Under the pieces are notes generated by a model. The model was not told where the DNA came from, did no database searches, and worked only from the letters and a program-made list of their open reading frames with translations. DNA of 64,000 nucleotides from Trichoplax sp. H2 (taxonomy: Eukaryota): contig NOWV01000029.1 of the NCBI GenBank assembly GCA_003344405.1, positions 310,001 to 374,000 of the forward strand, read 5' to 3'. Position numbers and translations under genes: made by a program. How positions within the stretch are numbered: position 1 is the stretch's first letter; each line of letters starts with the position of its first letter. This document shows positions 13,706 to 27,798 of the stretch, piece after piece.

Positions 13706-14508
13706 CCTTGTTGGGCTGTATACTATGCAAATCCAATGGAATAAGGCAAAATTCCACCAAAGTCAGGCAGGAAAGGAAGAAATCGTCCGGCAGAAATTTG
13801 GAGCTTGGGCGGATCTTTTCTGCACTGAGGGGATCCACTTTCTCTCTCGTCTTCGATCTTATACTGTCTCTTGATGGTATCTTGGATGTTTCAGCATGTA
13901 TACTATCATTTGTATGCAATAGCAGACAGGCAAAAAGGACTATCTATTGTATGATACATGAGCTATGATACAGTCTATTCCATTGTAAACTCTGCTGAAA
14001 TGCCTATTGGATACGAGGCCTCAAGTTCTACACTATAGCGTTACGGTGGAGCTCTATATCGCCCCTTTTACAGTTGATACTGAAAACGCTCAAAATCAAT
14101 AAGTGTTTCGACTCAAAGTGGGGTCTAGACGCCGATCAACCAACTCGAACGCAATGCCATGTATGAGATGCACCATTAACCATGATGCCTATTTTCAACG
14201 CTGTAGAATCGACAGTCTAGTGTCGCATGTTGGACTTTCCTCTACGCAGTCTCTATAGCGTCTGGATAGAGGCGTGCTACCATCACAAGCCAACACCAAG
14301 CTAGCATCTCCATGGTAGCTTAGCAATCCGCTGCACAATCCACTCTCAAGAGCAGCTAGAAGCCATCCCTTCGCTTTAATCCTTGTCCTACAGCGGTGTT
14401 GCAGACTGTTCTAACTCTTGGAAGAGAAAAAGCCGATCGTAAAAGCTGCGTGTAAAGGTACAAGTGGCTAGCTTACAAGACCTCGGCAATATCTCTGCAA
14501 AAATTGTT

Positions 14509-15606
14509 GATCGCAATTTTAGGTATGCTAGGGTAGGGTAAGATCCTTCGTTGCAAGGCTAATCACATTTTACAGGCTTGCACAATAAATTGCATATGCT
14601 GAATTATAGTGTAAGTTAAGGAAGGGTATAAGGATATCCTGCAGCAGTCATTGATCGTAATTTTAGGTATGCTAGAGTAGGGTAAGATCCTTCGTTACAA
14701 GGCTAATCACATTTTACAGGCTTGCACAATAAATTATATATGCCGGATTATGGTGTCAGTTAAGGAAGGGTATAAGGATATCCTGCAGCAGCCATTGATC
14801 GTAATTTTAGGTATGCTAGAGTAGGGTAAGATCCTTCGTTGCAAGGCTAATCACATTTTACAGGCTTGCACAATAAATTACATATGCTGGATTATACTGT
14901 AAGTTAAGGAAGGGTATAAGGATACCCTGCAGCAGTCATTGATCGAAATTTTAGGTATGCTAGGGTAGTGCAAGATCCTTCGTTGCAAGGCTAATCACAT
15001 TTCACAGGGCTTGCACAGTAAATTACATAAATTGGATTATACTGTAAGTTAAAGAAGGGCATAAGGATATCCTGATCGCAATTTTAGGTATGCTAGAGTA
15101 GCGTAAGATCCTTCGTTGCTAGGCTAATTACATTTTACAGGCTTGCACAATAAATTACATATGCTGGATTATAGTGTAAGTTAAGGAAGGGTATAAGGAT
15201 ATCCTGATCGTTGATCGAAATTTTAGGTATGCTAGGGTAGTGCAAGATCCTTCGTTGCAAGGCTAATCACATTTCACAGGGCTTGCACAGCAAATTACAT
15301 ATGTTGGATTATACTGTAAGTTAAAGAAGGGCATAAGGATATCCTGATCGCAATTTTAGGTATGTTAGGGTAGCGTAAGATCCTTCGTTGCAAGGCTAAT
15401 CACATTTTACAGGCTTGCACAATAAATTACATATGCTGGATTATACTGTAAGTTAAGGAAGGCCATAAGGATATCCTGATCGAAATTTTAGGTATGCTAG
15501 GGTAGCGTCAGATCCTTCGTTGCATAGCTAATCACACTTTACAGCCTTGTACAATAAATTACATAGGCTGGATTATACTGTAACTTAAGGAAGGCCATAA
15601 GGATAC
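14509..15606. repeat. Tandem satellite, 8 copies of a 132-144 bp unit
   Basis: Unit GATCG(C/T/A)AATTTTAGGTATGCTAG...GATCCTTCGTTGCAAGGCTAATCACAT...AGTTAAGGAAGGGTATAAGGATATCCTG starts at about 14509, 14653, 14797, 14941, 15074, 15213, 15346 and 15478. Confidence 0.97.
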
Positions 15607-15699
15607 AATCAGTATTGTTGTTTCCATGTTGACGTCCATATTAGACCTCCATGGTAGCTTAGCAATCAGAATACATTCGGTATTGTTGTTTCGACGTTG

Positions 15700-16800
15700 A
15701 TGTCCATATTGCCAATATTTTTGAAATGATTCAGTAGCGATGCAGAAGCCATATTGATACACCAATGCAACAGGAGCTCGCATATACCGTGCCTGATCAG
15801 TAAACGCTAATACCCGATGCTTATACAGTACAGTATAACAAATTAGAAATACTCGACCATAGCTCACGGAATGGTATAAAAACACAATCAATGCTGTTAC
15901 TGCAATACTGACATGCATATCATCATCAATATTTTGAAATGATTCAATCATGTTGCTACAGCTATTACAATGTACATCAATGCATCTACAATCCTTATAG
16001 ACTCCATCATCAAACGCTAGAATATCCCGATGCTCATATAATCATTACAAGTCCTCAATCGTAACTCATTGAATGTCATAAAGATACATTCAAGGCAACT
16101 ACTTCGATGCTGACATACATATTGCTAATATTTTGAAAAGATTCTACAGTTATATACGAATGCATCAAGAATCTTCGTAGATCCAATCATCAAATGCTAA
16201 TATTGCCAAGCTATACAACAAATTAGAAATGTTCGACTATAACCTACAGAATGGTATAAAGACACAATCAATGCTGTTACTGCAATACTGACATGCATAT
16301 CATCATCAATATTTTGAAATGATTCAATCATGTTGCTACAGCTGTACATCAATGCATCTGCAATCCTTATTGACTCCATCATCAAACGCTAGAATATCCC
16401 GGTGCTCGTATAATCATTACAAGCCCTCAATCGTAACTCATTAAATATCATAAAGATACTTTCAAGGCAACTACTTTGATGCTAACATACATACGTATTA
16501 CCAATATTTCGAAAAAGGTTCTACACGATGCAGTAGTGATGTTACTACAGTTATACACAATCGCATCAATTGTATAAAGACACGATCAAATGCTGCTATT
16601 CCAATACTGACATGCATATTATCAATATATTGAAACGATTCATATTGCTATAGTTGTAGCAAATGTAAGTGTTTTAAAAACGCGTCTCAATTATCCAACG
16701 CCATAATATCCAATACTTATACAACTATTAGAACGCTCTATCATAGCTCATCCAATCCTATGCAGATACGCGCGCGTATAACCATGTTATCACTGCGATA
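15700..16800. repeat. Degenerate tandem repeats including a ~380 bp duplication
   Basis: The block AATTAGAAAT...ACACAATCAATGCTGTTACTGCAATACTGACATGCATATCATCATCAATATTTTGAAATGATTCAATCATGTTGCTACAGCT occurs at 15841 and 16221. The sub-motif CAATATTTTGAAA.GATTC recurs several more times. Confidence 0.88.
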
Positions 16801-17101
16801 TCGATCTGTTACGGCTAAAGTCCGAATGAAGAGTACACATAAATTAGAAGATTATTTTGCTAAGGAGAAAGAAAACAAGCTCCGTTTTAGTCCTATCCAG
16901 ACATATTACTAAACACTCCCTTACAGCAATAAAATCTATTAATTCAACTCTCCTATGACTTCCATACTGGTATACGCATGTTATCCGTATTCTCAAATGA
17001 TGCAATAACTACACTCTTATAATGTTCCTACAGTTACAAATGTTAAAATAATGCCATAATCGATCATAACCCATCGAATAGTATAGATACGATCCTATTA
17101 C

Positions 17102-17395
17102 TTTGATGCTGGCATAAATATTACTGATATTCTGAAATGATGCATGCCATCAAATATATCAATATAAAAGCGAGTTATTATCCATGTCATAATCAGCTTA
17201 TCCTTTTATGCTGGCATAAATGTTACCGATACTCTGAAACGATGCACGCCATGGAATATATTGATGTAAAAGTGAACTGTTAACCATGTCATAATCAGCT
17301 TATCCTTTTATGCTGGCATATATATTATCGATACTCTAAAATGATGCACGCTAGGGAATCTATCAATATAAAAGCGAATTGTTAACCATGTAACT
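17102..17395. repeat. Tandem repeat, ~3 copies of ~102 bp, just upstream of MRPL52
   Basis: ATGCTGGCATA..T.TTA..GATA.TCT.AAA.GATGCA.GC...CCATGT at ~17106, ~17208 and ~17310. Confidence 0.88.
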
Positions 17396-17425
17396 TTTAA
17401 CTAGGAATCACCTAACATCGAAGCC

Positions 17426-18218
17426 ATGCAAACTGTTAGAATTTCGCTCCCAGTATTGCAGCGATTTCGAATGCTATCCACAACATCATGTCACAGCGCT
17501 GGAGAAAAATGGCGAATTAGGTATGTAATTTCTGATTCAATCATATTATCGTTATTACACCTAAATTATAGTAAATAAAATGAAAAATGGTAGAGAGATC
17601 CATGTGGAACATCCGGAATCCACTTAGCATACAATTTGTTTCGTTAAACCATAGACGAAATCTTCCTCGAAGTGGCAACGAATACGGTCCGTTAACGGAA
17701 TTACCGGACTGGTCTTATGCAGGTAAAATAGACTTACTTTCACAAAAATCAATCTAATACTGCGAATTTTATACAATTACCAGAATCAATATCCGAAACA
17801 AGAAATCACATTGAGCTGTAGATTAAACAACCAATCTATCCATACGTGTACTATACTTATTGCTAATACTTATATACGTTATACACACAACTACACTATC
17901 ATAAGGACGACTTTATTAAAGCTACTGTTTAACAATAATACCGTAAAATTGGGAAGCTTTTAATCTATTTAATAATCCTGGTTCTTATACATTCTTACCA
18001 TCATGCAACATTAGATGGCCGACCAGGACCAATCTCAAAAGGACAAAAGAAAAGGGACTCAAAACAACAAGCCTTATCTGTACGTAAAGTTTAAGGAATT
18101 CGCAATAACTTCTTAAGTAATCGTAAAATTACCGCAATATCAAGATTATAATTTCTGTTTATAGGAACGAGTACAGCGCCTACTTAATGAAGTCGATACA
18201 GCAAAAGAGGAGAGTTGA
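17426..18218 (+). CDS. MRPL52: Mitochondrial ribosomal protein mL52, 4 coding exons, 93 aa
   Basis: Exons 17426-17520, 17655-17722, 18015-18079, 18165-18218. Peptide MQTVRISLPVLQRFRMLSTTSCHSAGEKWRIRRNLPRSGNEYGPLTELPDWSYADGRPGPISKGQKKR...; YGPLTELPDWSYADGRP is the mL52 signature, and the N-terminus is R/S-rich like a presequence. Absent from the ORF track. Confidence 0.93.
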
Positions 18219-19614
18219 TGTTCATTATGAGTCGATTACATCAACTAAGATTATTAATTGCAATGTTAAAAAATACTTGGCTACTTGTTGCGAAAGTTGA
18301 TAATGTCCATACCAAATTTTCTGTATGCTTTTTTTACAATATATCATATATTGTTCTTAATCTACTATTCTATTCCAGGAAGTCACCATAGTTTAATTTC
18401 CATTACTGAATTAAAATTAATGGCCTTTTGCATATATTATTGCATGACTCACAGTAAGCTAATTAGCAGCGACAGTTTTAGAAATTGTAGACTTTATTGT
18501 TGTTACTGAAAATAAAGTATCAATCAAGGATGATTGATCAATCCCTCCTACATCTAGTAATTATATATGCGCCTTTGCTTTAACATAGCTTCAATTGTTT
18601 TACATGTTAGCTTTAATTAAACTTTATAAGAAATAACGAATTAAATTAATTTACAAGATATAATATTATCTATGCTGCAAGTCATATTATCGTATGCGAT
18701 TTTATTCAGTGACTCAACAATTTATATTTGGCAATAAATTTTATCCACAAGTACCCTATAATACCTTATCTATTTTATTGCATAATAGATGCTATCATAA
18801 AAACTCAAGATTAGCATCTAACTGAAAAATCAGGATGATGCAATATATAAAGCAAGATATTTACATACCAATTACAGAGAACAATTTTCTTATAAAAATT
18901 GCCATCACTGCGATGATAAATCATCATAAACTGATATGCGATTACAATACGCTAGATCTAATGCAATATTTATCGTTTACCGTTAAAACTTGTGTTATTC
19001 TACAAATTATAGCAACATAATCTTAGCTATGTTTTCCAATTTTTAGCTCGATAAGAGAATACGATAAAGATATTAAAATTGTAGTAATTTGCTACCCCTG
19101 CCATGTAATATGGCTACCACCGAGTACTTCATAGTGATTCATATGAATTAAAATGAATAACATCTATCATTACTTTAATTAGATTAAAAACTTATTTATT
19201 CCAACAAGTCATAATGAAATCTATTATATTATATTTATAATAATTTATGTCAATCGTTTGAATTCTTCTTTTAACACAGAAAAATTGACCATTATTAAGC
19301 ACTAAAAATTATCTTTAATATATATATATCACTTCCCATGCCACCACAAATTTTAACATAGAAAGCAATACACAACAATCGTAATTGGTTTTACGATTGC
19401 AATCGAAATTTTCCTTATACCTTTCTATCAATGCAATTAATTCCTGCTTCTAACCTATTGCTATCTTCATATATTATAAATGACTAAGTATTTATCTAAC
19501 AATCCTACGACTACAATACTAACTCGTTTTAAAAGCTAACAAAGACGATCAACGTTTACTAAAAACACATATAATCCTCTACGTCCTGTTAACGAAAGTA
19601 GTTATTACGACATT

Positions 19615-22600
19615 TCACTTTTCACCGCCTTCGAACGCTGCAGATTCCCCAATGATGCATAATTTCTGCACTAGAAGTGTAAATCGGTCTAAAAAATATG
19701 TAAATAAGATATAAAATCAATTTAAAAAAATTTAAATTTAAACATTAAGCTCTAAAAGCAAAATCATATCAAATATCTTCACTTAATCAATATAACCCTA
19801 TACAACTGGATTAAATAAGCTAAACGTTCTAGAGATAAAGAAGCTAATGTAGTTAGTCCATCAGTACCTGAATACTCGACCAAAACTTTCGGTTTAAAGT
19901 ATCCACGAATAAAAGCATAATAAACTGGAATTCCAGCTATAATAAATATGCTGGCAATTAAAGCTTCAACAGGGGCTTGAACAATAGGAGCAATAACCAA
20001 ATAGCAAGCGATTCCAACCATTATCATTGGAATTATTATAAAAACCTTTTAGAAAGACAATTAATTCATATATTAGCACAGAATATTATTACATTTCGAA
20101 AGCACGACCGCGATGATACTCTAAGTAGAGAGCTAACAAGCTCACCAGCATTTTCTTTCTTATAAAGTAAAGTCATTATCGATGAATTGACAAAAATTGA
20201 TGAGATTATTCCTCCTATGGCTACACTATCGTTAACTAACTTTAAATGGACGATCTGCATCAGGCATTCGTCGACGCAAGACGATTAAGCTTACAAACGT
20301 GGTGCCATAAAATAGCCATGCAGAAAAACTGAAATAATTGATTAGGGAATTGAAATCGTTTGGAATCAATAATATGATGGATATGAAGGCCTATTATAAA
20401 TAAAAATAAGCAATTGATTTAATCATTTGGAGTCGCTTAGGTGCAGCAGCGATAAATAGAGAAAAAAGCAGCTAATTTACTTGGAAGATTATTGCAGGCA
20501 TTGGAGTTAATCTATCTCTTTGAATCATAGATAGCACTTTAGGCAAATGACCTCGACGAGCAGCAACGAAATTCAATCTATACAAATAGATTCCAAAAAT
20601 ACTTATCGATTAATAGAGAATTTAATCGACGATAGATAGAATAGAGTTTTATTAAAATATTATCGCTTGTCGTATGCATATAATAATCAATCTTAAGAAA
20701 AGTATCCATATACCTGGCTGCCCCAAAAGAACTTCCATTACATGCACCAAATGTTGAGAATGCAACAAACATGGGTACTAGCCAAGGTACCTGGCCAATA
20801 ATTCGATCAGCAACAGACTAGAATCGATAGTAAAGAAAGTATAAATTAAAAATAATATCCTTGATAACTGACGGCAATATTATTATGTACTAACCGATGC
20901 AACTGCAGCCGATTCTAGAATCTCTTGTCTTGTTAAAACAGTAAAATAAGTAACGTTAACGGTGATATAAATAACCGTTACAAGAGGGATACCAATCAAG
21001 GCCGCACGAGGAAGATTTCTATTAGTTTATAAATTTAAGTAGGAATACATCAATCATCATAGTGGTAAAGCTTACCATTGGATCAATACAAATGTCACCA
21101 TTTGCTATTTTAAGTTATTCTATTACTTCGCTACCATAAAAATGTTAATACCTATTTTGATAAGAAAAATGAAAAAATATCAATGATAAATTCAACATGT
21201 TCTTACCTTTGCGGTTGTTTTAGCTCTTCGATAGCAAAATTTAAGTTATTCCTAAGATCAACATAATACCAAATGAAATTTCATACAATCACGTATTAAT
21301 GGCAAATTAATAAATTTTATTTTAAACATACCAGCCATCGTAGGCCCATAATCCCTGATAAAATGCAAGAGCAACAACGGCTGCATTAGTCTCGGTACCT
21401 TCCCAGCTGCTTTGAAAATTTTGTACTCTCCCTATATTAGTTTTAAGAGGCGATTCAATACACCTTCATCATTTCGATAATTAGTTGTAACTTGATAGAT
21501 ATAGATATTTTATCTCAATTTTTTATCAGTTCTGGTGATATTAATCCAATATTTATATTTATTACTTTTTAATTTACAACGAGGAAGAATGTTGCACCGT
21601 ACTTATATTTCGGAGGTGAGAATTAGTAGCAACTTTGTAAGCCAAATTTATAGCTATAATATATTTACCTCGCCCCAATTCCACAAATCCAATAATAACC
21701 AACCCAAATACGGCAATCAGCTTGGCAACGGTAAAAATATCCTGCAATTTCGTTGCCCATTTAACACTATAGCAATTGATGAACGCAATGGTAGCTATAA
21801 AATGAGATCATGAAGTTAAGATTAAAAATCCACAACTGATCATTTAAGCAGCCACTTTATCCCTTAGGTACTATACAAAGGGTTTATTTTATTGACTTTC
21901 TGTGTACAATTATTGCATGTTATTCTAGAAAGTAAATTAAATATTAATATTGCATAGAAAAATGAATGCTCATTAAAGAATTATAACTAGGTCACAGAAT
22001 TTCTTCATATATTATAAATTTCGACTACTTAAACAACTTTGATAATCAATTTTCTTCTATAATTATAGTTATGATACAAGAACAAAAGAAGAATTACGTA
22101 TACGTAAGGGGATATTTTTTACAATTAATAAAAATAAGTCATACAATGTAGAGGATTATATATATATATAAAAAAGCATGATAAATTGTTAACCATCGAC
22201 ACTGCTCTACTTATACGCTTAAACAGTTACGGAAAGACCTTTCCAACGATCTTATAGCTACCCGCATATTGATAAGTAAAACATCAATTATTTATTTATT
22301 ATATAATAAACAGTTCTTTATGAATAATATAGGATTGATAGAGTGATGAATTTCAATATTTTATACTGTGGATTCGGTCCTATTTGTAAATATCTTTGAG
22401 CTTAGGATCGGTATAGCGTTTACGATCAATCGATTTCAAATACTTTTATGCCGGTCGTGCCGACAAAATTCTAAATTTACTACATCAACTTTGTAGGGAA
22501 ATGTTACATAAATGATCAATTTATAACTTTAATCAGTTTGCATATGGCTTATAGACTGCTTGTTCCTATGGGCTAAATCTTTAATTTTATTAAATAGATT

Positions 22601-25600
22601 GATTAAAAGATCATAAAGAACCACATTTTGTTTACTGGAAGTATTTCAAATTCCCTTTCAGCTTTAAATTGATTTTGAATATTTCTTTACTCGTCACAGC
22701 AATATATGGCATTTTAATTCAATTAAGTTACTTTTAATAGAGAAAAGAACTTTAAGCTATAGATTACTGATTCATTCATTATAGCTCAATAGCCGTATAA
22801 TATGTATTTTAAACTCTATTTAGCTTTAAAATTAATTCTGAGCGCCTTTAAACTCATCAATCGCTAAAATCCTTTCTTAATTTAGTTACGGTACCGATAG
22901 TAGAAGAGATATTTATACTGTAAAGTACAAACCTAATCGAATCACTTCTGATATTTATTGATTGAATATTATCGGATGAGTCTTTTAATTTTAATTTTAT
23001 AAATTAATTTGTCATGCACTGATCCAACGATCAAGAATACAAATTGGCACTGGAAATACCTCTCTATATCAAATGAAGAGTGAATGTCTATCATCGCAAT
23101 CAAAATATTCTCCCGAATGTAAGAATTTTAATAAGTGAAAACTTGCTGGCTATTCTACTAAGGGGAGAATCTATCCAAGGTTGCATGTCAATAAAATGAT
23201 TCGATAATTATTGTAGTATTAATTTTTAATACTATAATATCTCATGGTAGGTTAATATGAGAAAATTCTTGCTTTGTCATGATGATGATAAGATCGTACA
23301 GTGCATAATAATTACAATAGCAAAATTAGATAGTATTAGATAAGCAGTCGAATGATAACAGCAATCATGATAGAACAAGATAATGCTTAGTGGTACTAGT
23401 AGTAAAGTACTTATTGACTTTGTATCCCTTAAAACCCTTCCTTTAATATCAATTCAATTTTGAATAACCTATTAAATTACTTTCTTGGATGATAAAAGGT
23501 GTAGTGAAATTAATTGGTAATGATAAATACTGTTTACATATTCATCAACATATGTAAAACGGAATAAAACAATTACTACGCCCCTCGCTTGGCTACCCAC
23601 TAAGGATATTTAGAAATTATTCATAAACTAAAATCTAAGTAAACACGGTAGTAAAGAAAACTACATACTGTTATAGATTTTAGTTTACTTGCAACTGTTG
23701 TTTACGAATAACATAATTACTCCCGGTTTTAACTGCAGAGGATATTGTAAGGATATTTAATAAACAAAGGTTGCATGGCTAACTTTACGATCATGTAATA
23801 CGAGTATATGTCCTATATAATTGAACATCTGATTGCAAGATAAAAGATGATAAATGTAGTAAATATTCTGTCATTGTAACACTCTGGTAAGAGTAATAAC
23901 AAGAAATGAGCTTACAGTAGAGTAACTGCTATAATTATTGATTTATAAATAGCAGATTTTCCATGTTTATAAATAAAATATAGAGAAGCTACAAGACTAG
24001 CATAATTCCAGAATATAAATAAAAAAATCGACTATGGACTGTCAATGTACAATATGTCACCGTACTTTCCTTATTCTCTATCGAATTGTTTAAGCCTAAT
24101 GTAAATTCTTTTAAGATTTAAATCGCAGAAATCTCTCCTATGCATGTAAGCAGTAGATCATTGTATTAAGAAAGCCCTATGATACAAAAAAGAATATTTC
24201 TGCAAGACTATCAAACTAATTAAGGCCGGCGGTAGATTATTACACTCAGGAAATCTGAGAATAAATTTTGATTAATTTTATCAAACTATCAATATTTTCG
24301 TGGATTTAAACTATAGTTCAGAGATTTCAGATTTTGCTAACTCGGAAAAAGTAGCAATAAAGAAAGCTAATAGCGAATTGACTATTACAAAAGAAGCTTC
24401 TCACCGTGCATTCAGTATTATGGTATGAAGAGTTCTAACAAGTAATCTAGAAATTCTAGGTCAAGCCTAATCAAGGCCAATAGTATTACTAAAGAAAATG
24501 GGATAATAAATTTAGCTAAATCCTGATCTTTAACGTCGGATGTTGAAAAGCCAATGTAAACTATTTTCATAGCTAAATAAGGTATTCAGCTATGTAGCAG
24601 ATAGATAGTTTCTGGAAATTACAGCCAGGAATTAAGCTATAATATAGCTATACGGGAATAATAAAATATGACGAAAAAATTAATAGTAATCGTGATGAAA
24701 TAAATCAAATTTGATACTAACGATGAACTACTCATACTGCTCGGTCTAAAAGCCGTGATATATCTAGCCTTTAAACCCCTTATATTCAATAGCTAATATA
24801 AGCTATTTTAATGTAAGATTAGAACGTTTCATAAGTACAGTATCGAAGAAAAAATTTAAACCAGTAAGTAATAAAATAGACGCTGATAAATCTAAAGGGA
24901 GCAGTAAAATAGCTGAAATAGGTTTAAGAAAGGGTTAGAGTTGAAAATTTTATAAACTTTCCACATAGAGTTGGTAACCGTTGTCAATTCGAAGCGGAAA
25001 GGATTTAACAACAACAAGATAATAAAAAAGAACTTCTTATTTTGCTAAAATAGGCTTAAAGGACGAATACTAAAATTTTAATTTATATCATTGCAAAGTT
25101 GAAGTTCTTAACAGACCCTAGAGACTGTATCTAACAATAAAAGTGAGAAAAGAAATTATACTTCATAATGAAGTAACAAAAATTGACGTACTAAAATAAT
25201 TTTGAAATAAACGAAATAAAAATGAATAGTAAATTTTATTCTATATTTGACAGGTATAGTGTTGAATTATATGAATATTGGAGAGAAAATCACAATCACT
25301 GACTATCGGATAAGTGACAAATAAATGTACCATTTTAGTGCTAATAAATGAGTACAGAAGAGTAGTAGAATCTTAAGTTATGTGGTTACTAAGTGAGCGT
25401 TTATCGGGACCACTTAACACTAATATTGAAACTAGGAGAGCTAGAGAGGAAATGATAATCAATAATTAAGCGATAAAATGGACAGACTATAGTAAATATA
25501 ATACAGAAATGGATTTATGATTGAAGTAGCCAATTTTAATCCTTTTCTATTGGATGTTGGGTACCCATATTTAATTGTAAAGGTGTGAAAGCGAGAGAAG

Positions 25601-27798
25601 AAATTGCTTTGATCAAAAACTAGGCGATAACATGGATATCGATCATAATGTTGAAATAGACCAAACGCCGAAATAGTTTTTACTCGATCTTGAATACTTC
25701 CTACCAGACGTTAAAATGTCATTAAATTAGAGCTTTACTACAGCTGCTTTTTAGCCTACATGCGGCATTCGATGCTAAACATTGACTACTAGGGGCTAAA
25801 ATGTCATTAAATTAGAGCTTTACTACGCCTATTTTTTAGTCTATATGCAGTACTCTATTTTAATGCAGTGTTACAGATACATTCATTTTTTATCGGTGAA
25901 TTCTTCATTAAAACAATAATTTCCGTTTTAGTTTCTAAGTATTGTAATGCCTTCCAGACAATATATTCTATTTCAACATTATTGAAATATCTACTACATT
26001 TCATCGGTGAATTCTTAACTATACAAAAATGATCTTTTTAATTTTCTGAAATATTCCTATATTTTCTAGACAATAGCTTTATTTAAACACTCCTGATATA
26101 TACTATATTTTGTCGGTAAAATATTTTGATTATTCAATAATTTCCTTTCTAATCTGAATATTCCTGTTTTTAATCTCATGCTCTATTTCAATATTACAGA
26201 TATATTTACATTATATTTTATCACTAATCCTAGATTCTCCAATAATTCTTTTCTAATTCCTGTTTTCCAGTCAACATACCGGCACCCATGTTAATATCAC
26301 GGACATAATCATTTTGTCAGCAACTTAATTGTAGAAGCAATTCCTTCCCCATCTCTGAATATTTCTATCTTTTAGTCTACACAATCTATTTCAATACTGT
26401 TATAGATATACACTATCTACTGTACTATATTTTATTAGCAATTCTTAATTGTGTAGTAATTTTTTTCTGACCTCTGAATACCCCTATTCTCTAGTCGGCT
26501 TCATTTTGATATAACGAATGCATCCATTTTGTCGGTCAGTCCCTGATTATGCAATAATTTACTTTCTACCTTCTGTATTAGTTGCTTCATACCCAGTAAC
26601 ATAAGACTAAAATTTTCCACTAAGTCTTTTATTCCTCATTGAGTCTCAATTTAGCATGATATTTATTATGCTAAAAGATTTCTATAAAATTAGCTAGACA
26701 GATGTTATAAAAACATTGAATTCCGTCACATTTGTCAGTGAGATGTTTATCCCGATCTGTTAGAACATCAATCAATTTGATATCCTTCAGCTGTGTACAG
26801 TAGAATAGTTAGAGCTATAACTGCGATAAATCTAGATCATGTCACAACAAGTTTGGGCTCGATAGGATAGATTTATTCCGACTAACTCTCTGTACTCGTT
26901 TCTTGTACTGTAAACTTTGTCTACTCATTTGATGTATTAAGGATAGTAGAATAAAACGAATTTTTTGATAAATTGATATGAAAATACTACTACTACTACT
27001 ACTACTACTAGGAAACCGGAATGATCAAGAATCCAAATGGTTAGACGACATACTTAGTTCTGGGCTAATAGAGGAAAATATGTAATTTGGCTAGCTCTCT
27101 CATGGTGTTGTAAACCTATTATTGATTTTTTTATACAACTCTCGAACAACAATCAACTGGATAGAAATGATGCAATATCTTCAATGTCATTCATTGAAAG
27201 AGGCAAACGGTTATAAAAAAAAAGCGCAATAGAAGTGGACTTGACAAGAAATTGTCAATGGATTTTACAGCATTTGATTAATCAGTAATAAATTAACCTT
27301 ACCGATACAAAATGCGGCTAATAGTTTCATGACCGATGGAGGCGGTGAGCAACCGGGGAAGAATGGCTGCGTTGTATATTCGGCAAAGGCCATTGCAATT
27401 GCAGATGCTGTCGATGGCTTAATAATAATAATGGATGTCCACGCGAAGAGAAATGCCGGTAATTCACCAATGCCTTTCAAAATATAAGCATATTCAGCAC
27501 CGGACATGTTAATCATTGTGCCTAATTCGACATAGCTGATGGAGCCACCTAAAGCAATCAAACCACAACCAGTCCAAACCAATAAAGTTAAACCAATCGA
27601 GCCGCAACCTAGCAAGACACCTTTCGGCGATATAAATATTCCTGAACCAATCATAGTACCAATGATTAAAGTAATTCCGCTAATCAAGTTGACTTGTCGC
27701 TTGAGCTTTAGTCCCTCTTGCTGTGGCTTTTGATTTAATGATGCCTTCCTGCCGTGAACTTCTACGCCAGGTCCAATTTCTTTAAATTCAGTCGCCAT
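19615..27798 (-). CDS. SLC7 heteromeric amino acid transporter light chain, b(0,+)AT/SLC7A9-like, copy A, 10 coding exons
   Basis: Exon 1 (27798-27303) carries [24 protein letters not shown] and the heavy-chain disulfide Cys in PFFPGCSPP. After a 5.5 kb intron, exon 2 starts at 21794; later exons give [53 protein letters not shown] and RPFKV. Stop TGA at 19617-19615. Confidence 0.93.
25712..25850. repeat. ~85 bp tandem duplication in intron 1 of SLC7 copy A
   Basis: TAAAATGTCATTAAATTAGAGCTTTACTAC (30 bp, exact) at 25712 and 25797. Confidence 0.85.
25880..26570. repeat. Degenerate tandem array, ~105-118 bp unit, ~6-7 copies
   Basis: The anchor TT(A/G)TC(G/A)G followed by AATTCTT...AATAATT...CTGAATA..CTATTTCAA recurs near 25890, 26001, 26110, 26218, 26313, 26432 and 26528. 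Confidence 0.65.
26984..27010 (+). repeat. (TAC)n microsatellite
   Basis: About 9 perfect TAC/CTA units. Confidence 0.85.

Noticed and set aside
14509..15606. Regular repeat array as a possible CRISPR locus
   Set aside because: The whole unit repeats with no unique spacers, there are no cas genes, and the context is eukaryotic; it is a satellite.
15559..16385. ORFs 15559-15951 and 16197-16385 sharing MIESFQNIDDDMHVSIAVTALIV
   Set aside because: The shared peptide just reflects the 380-bp DNA duplication; no recognisable domain or splice structure.
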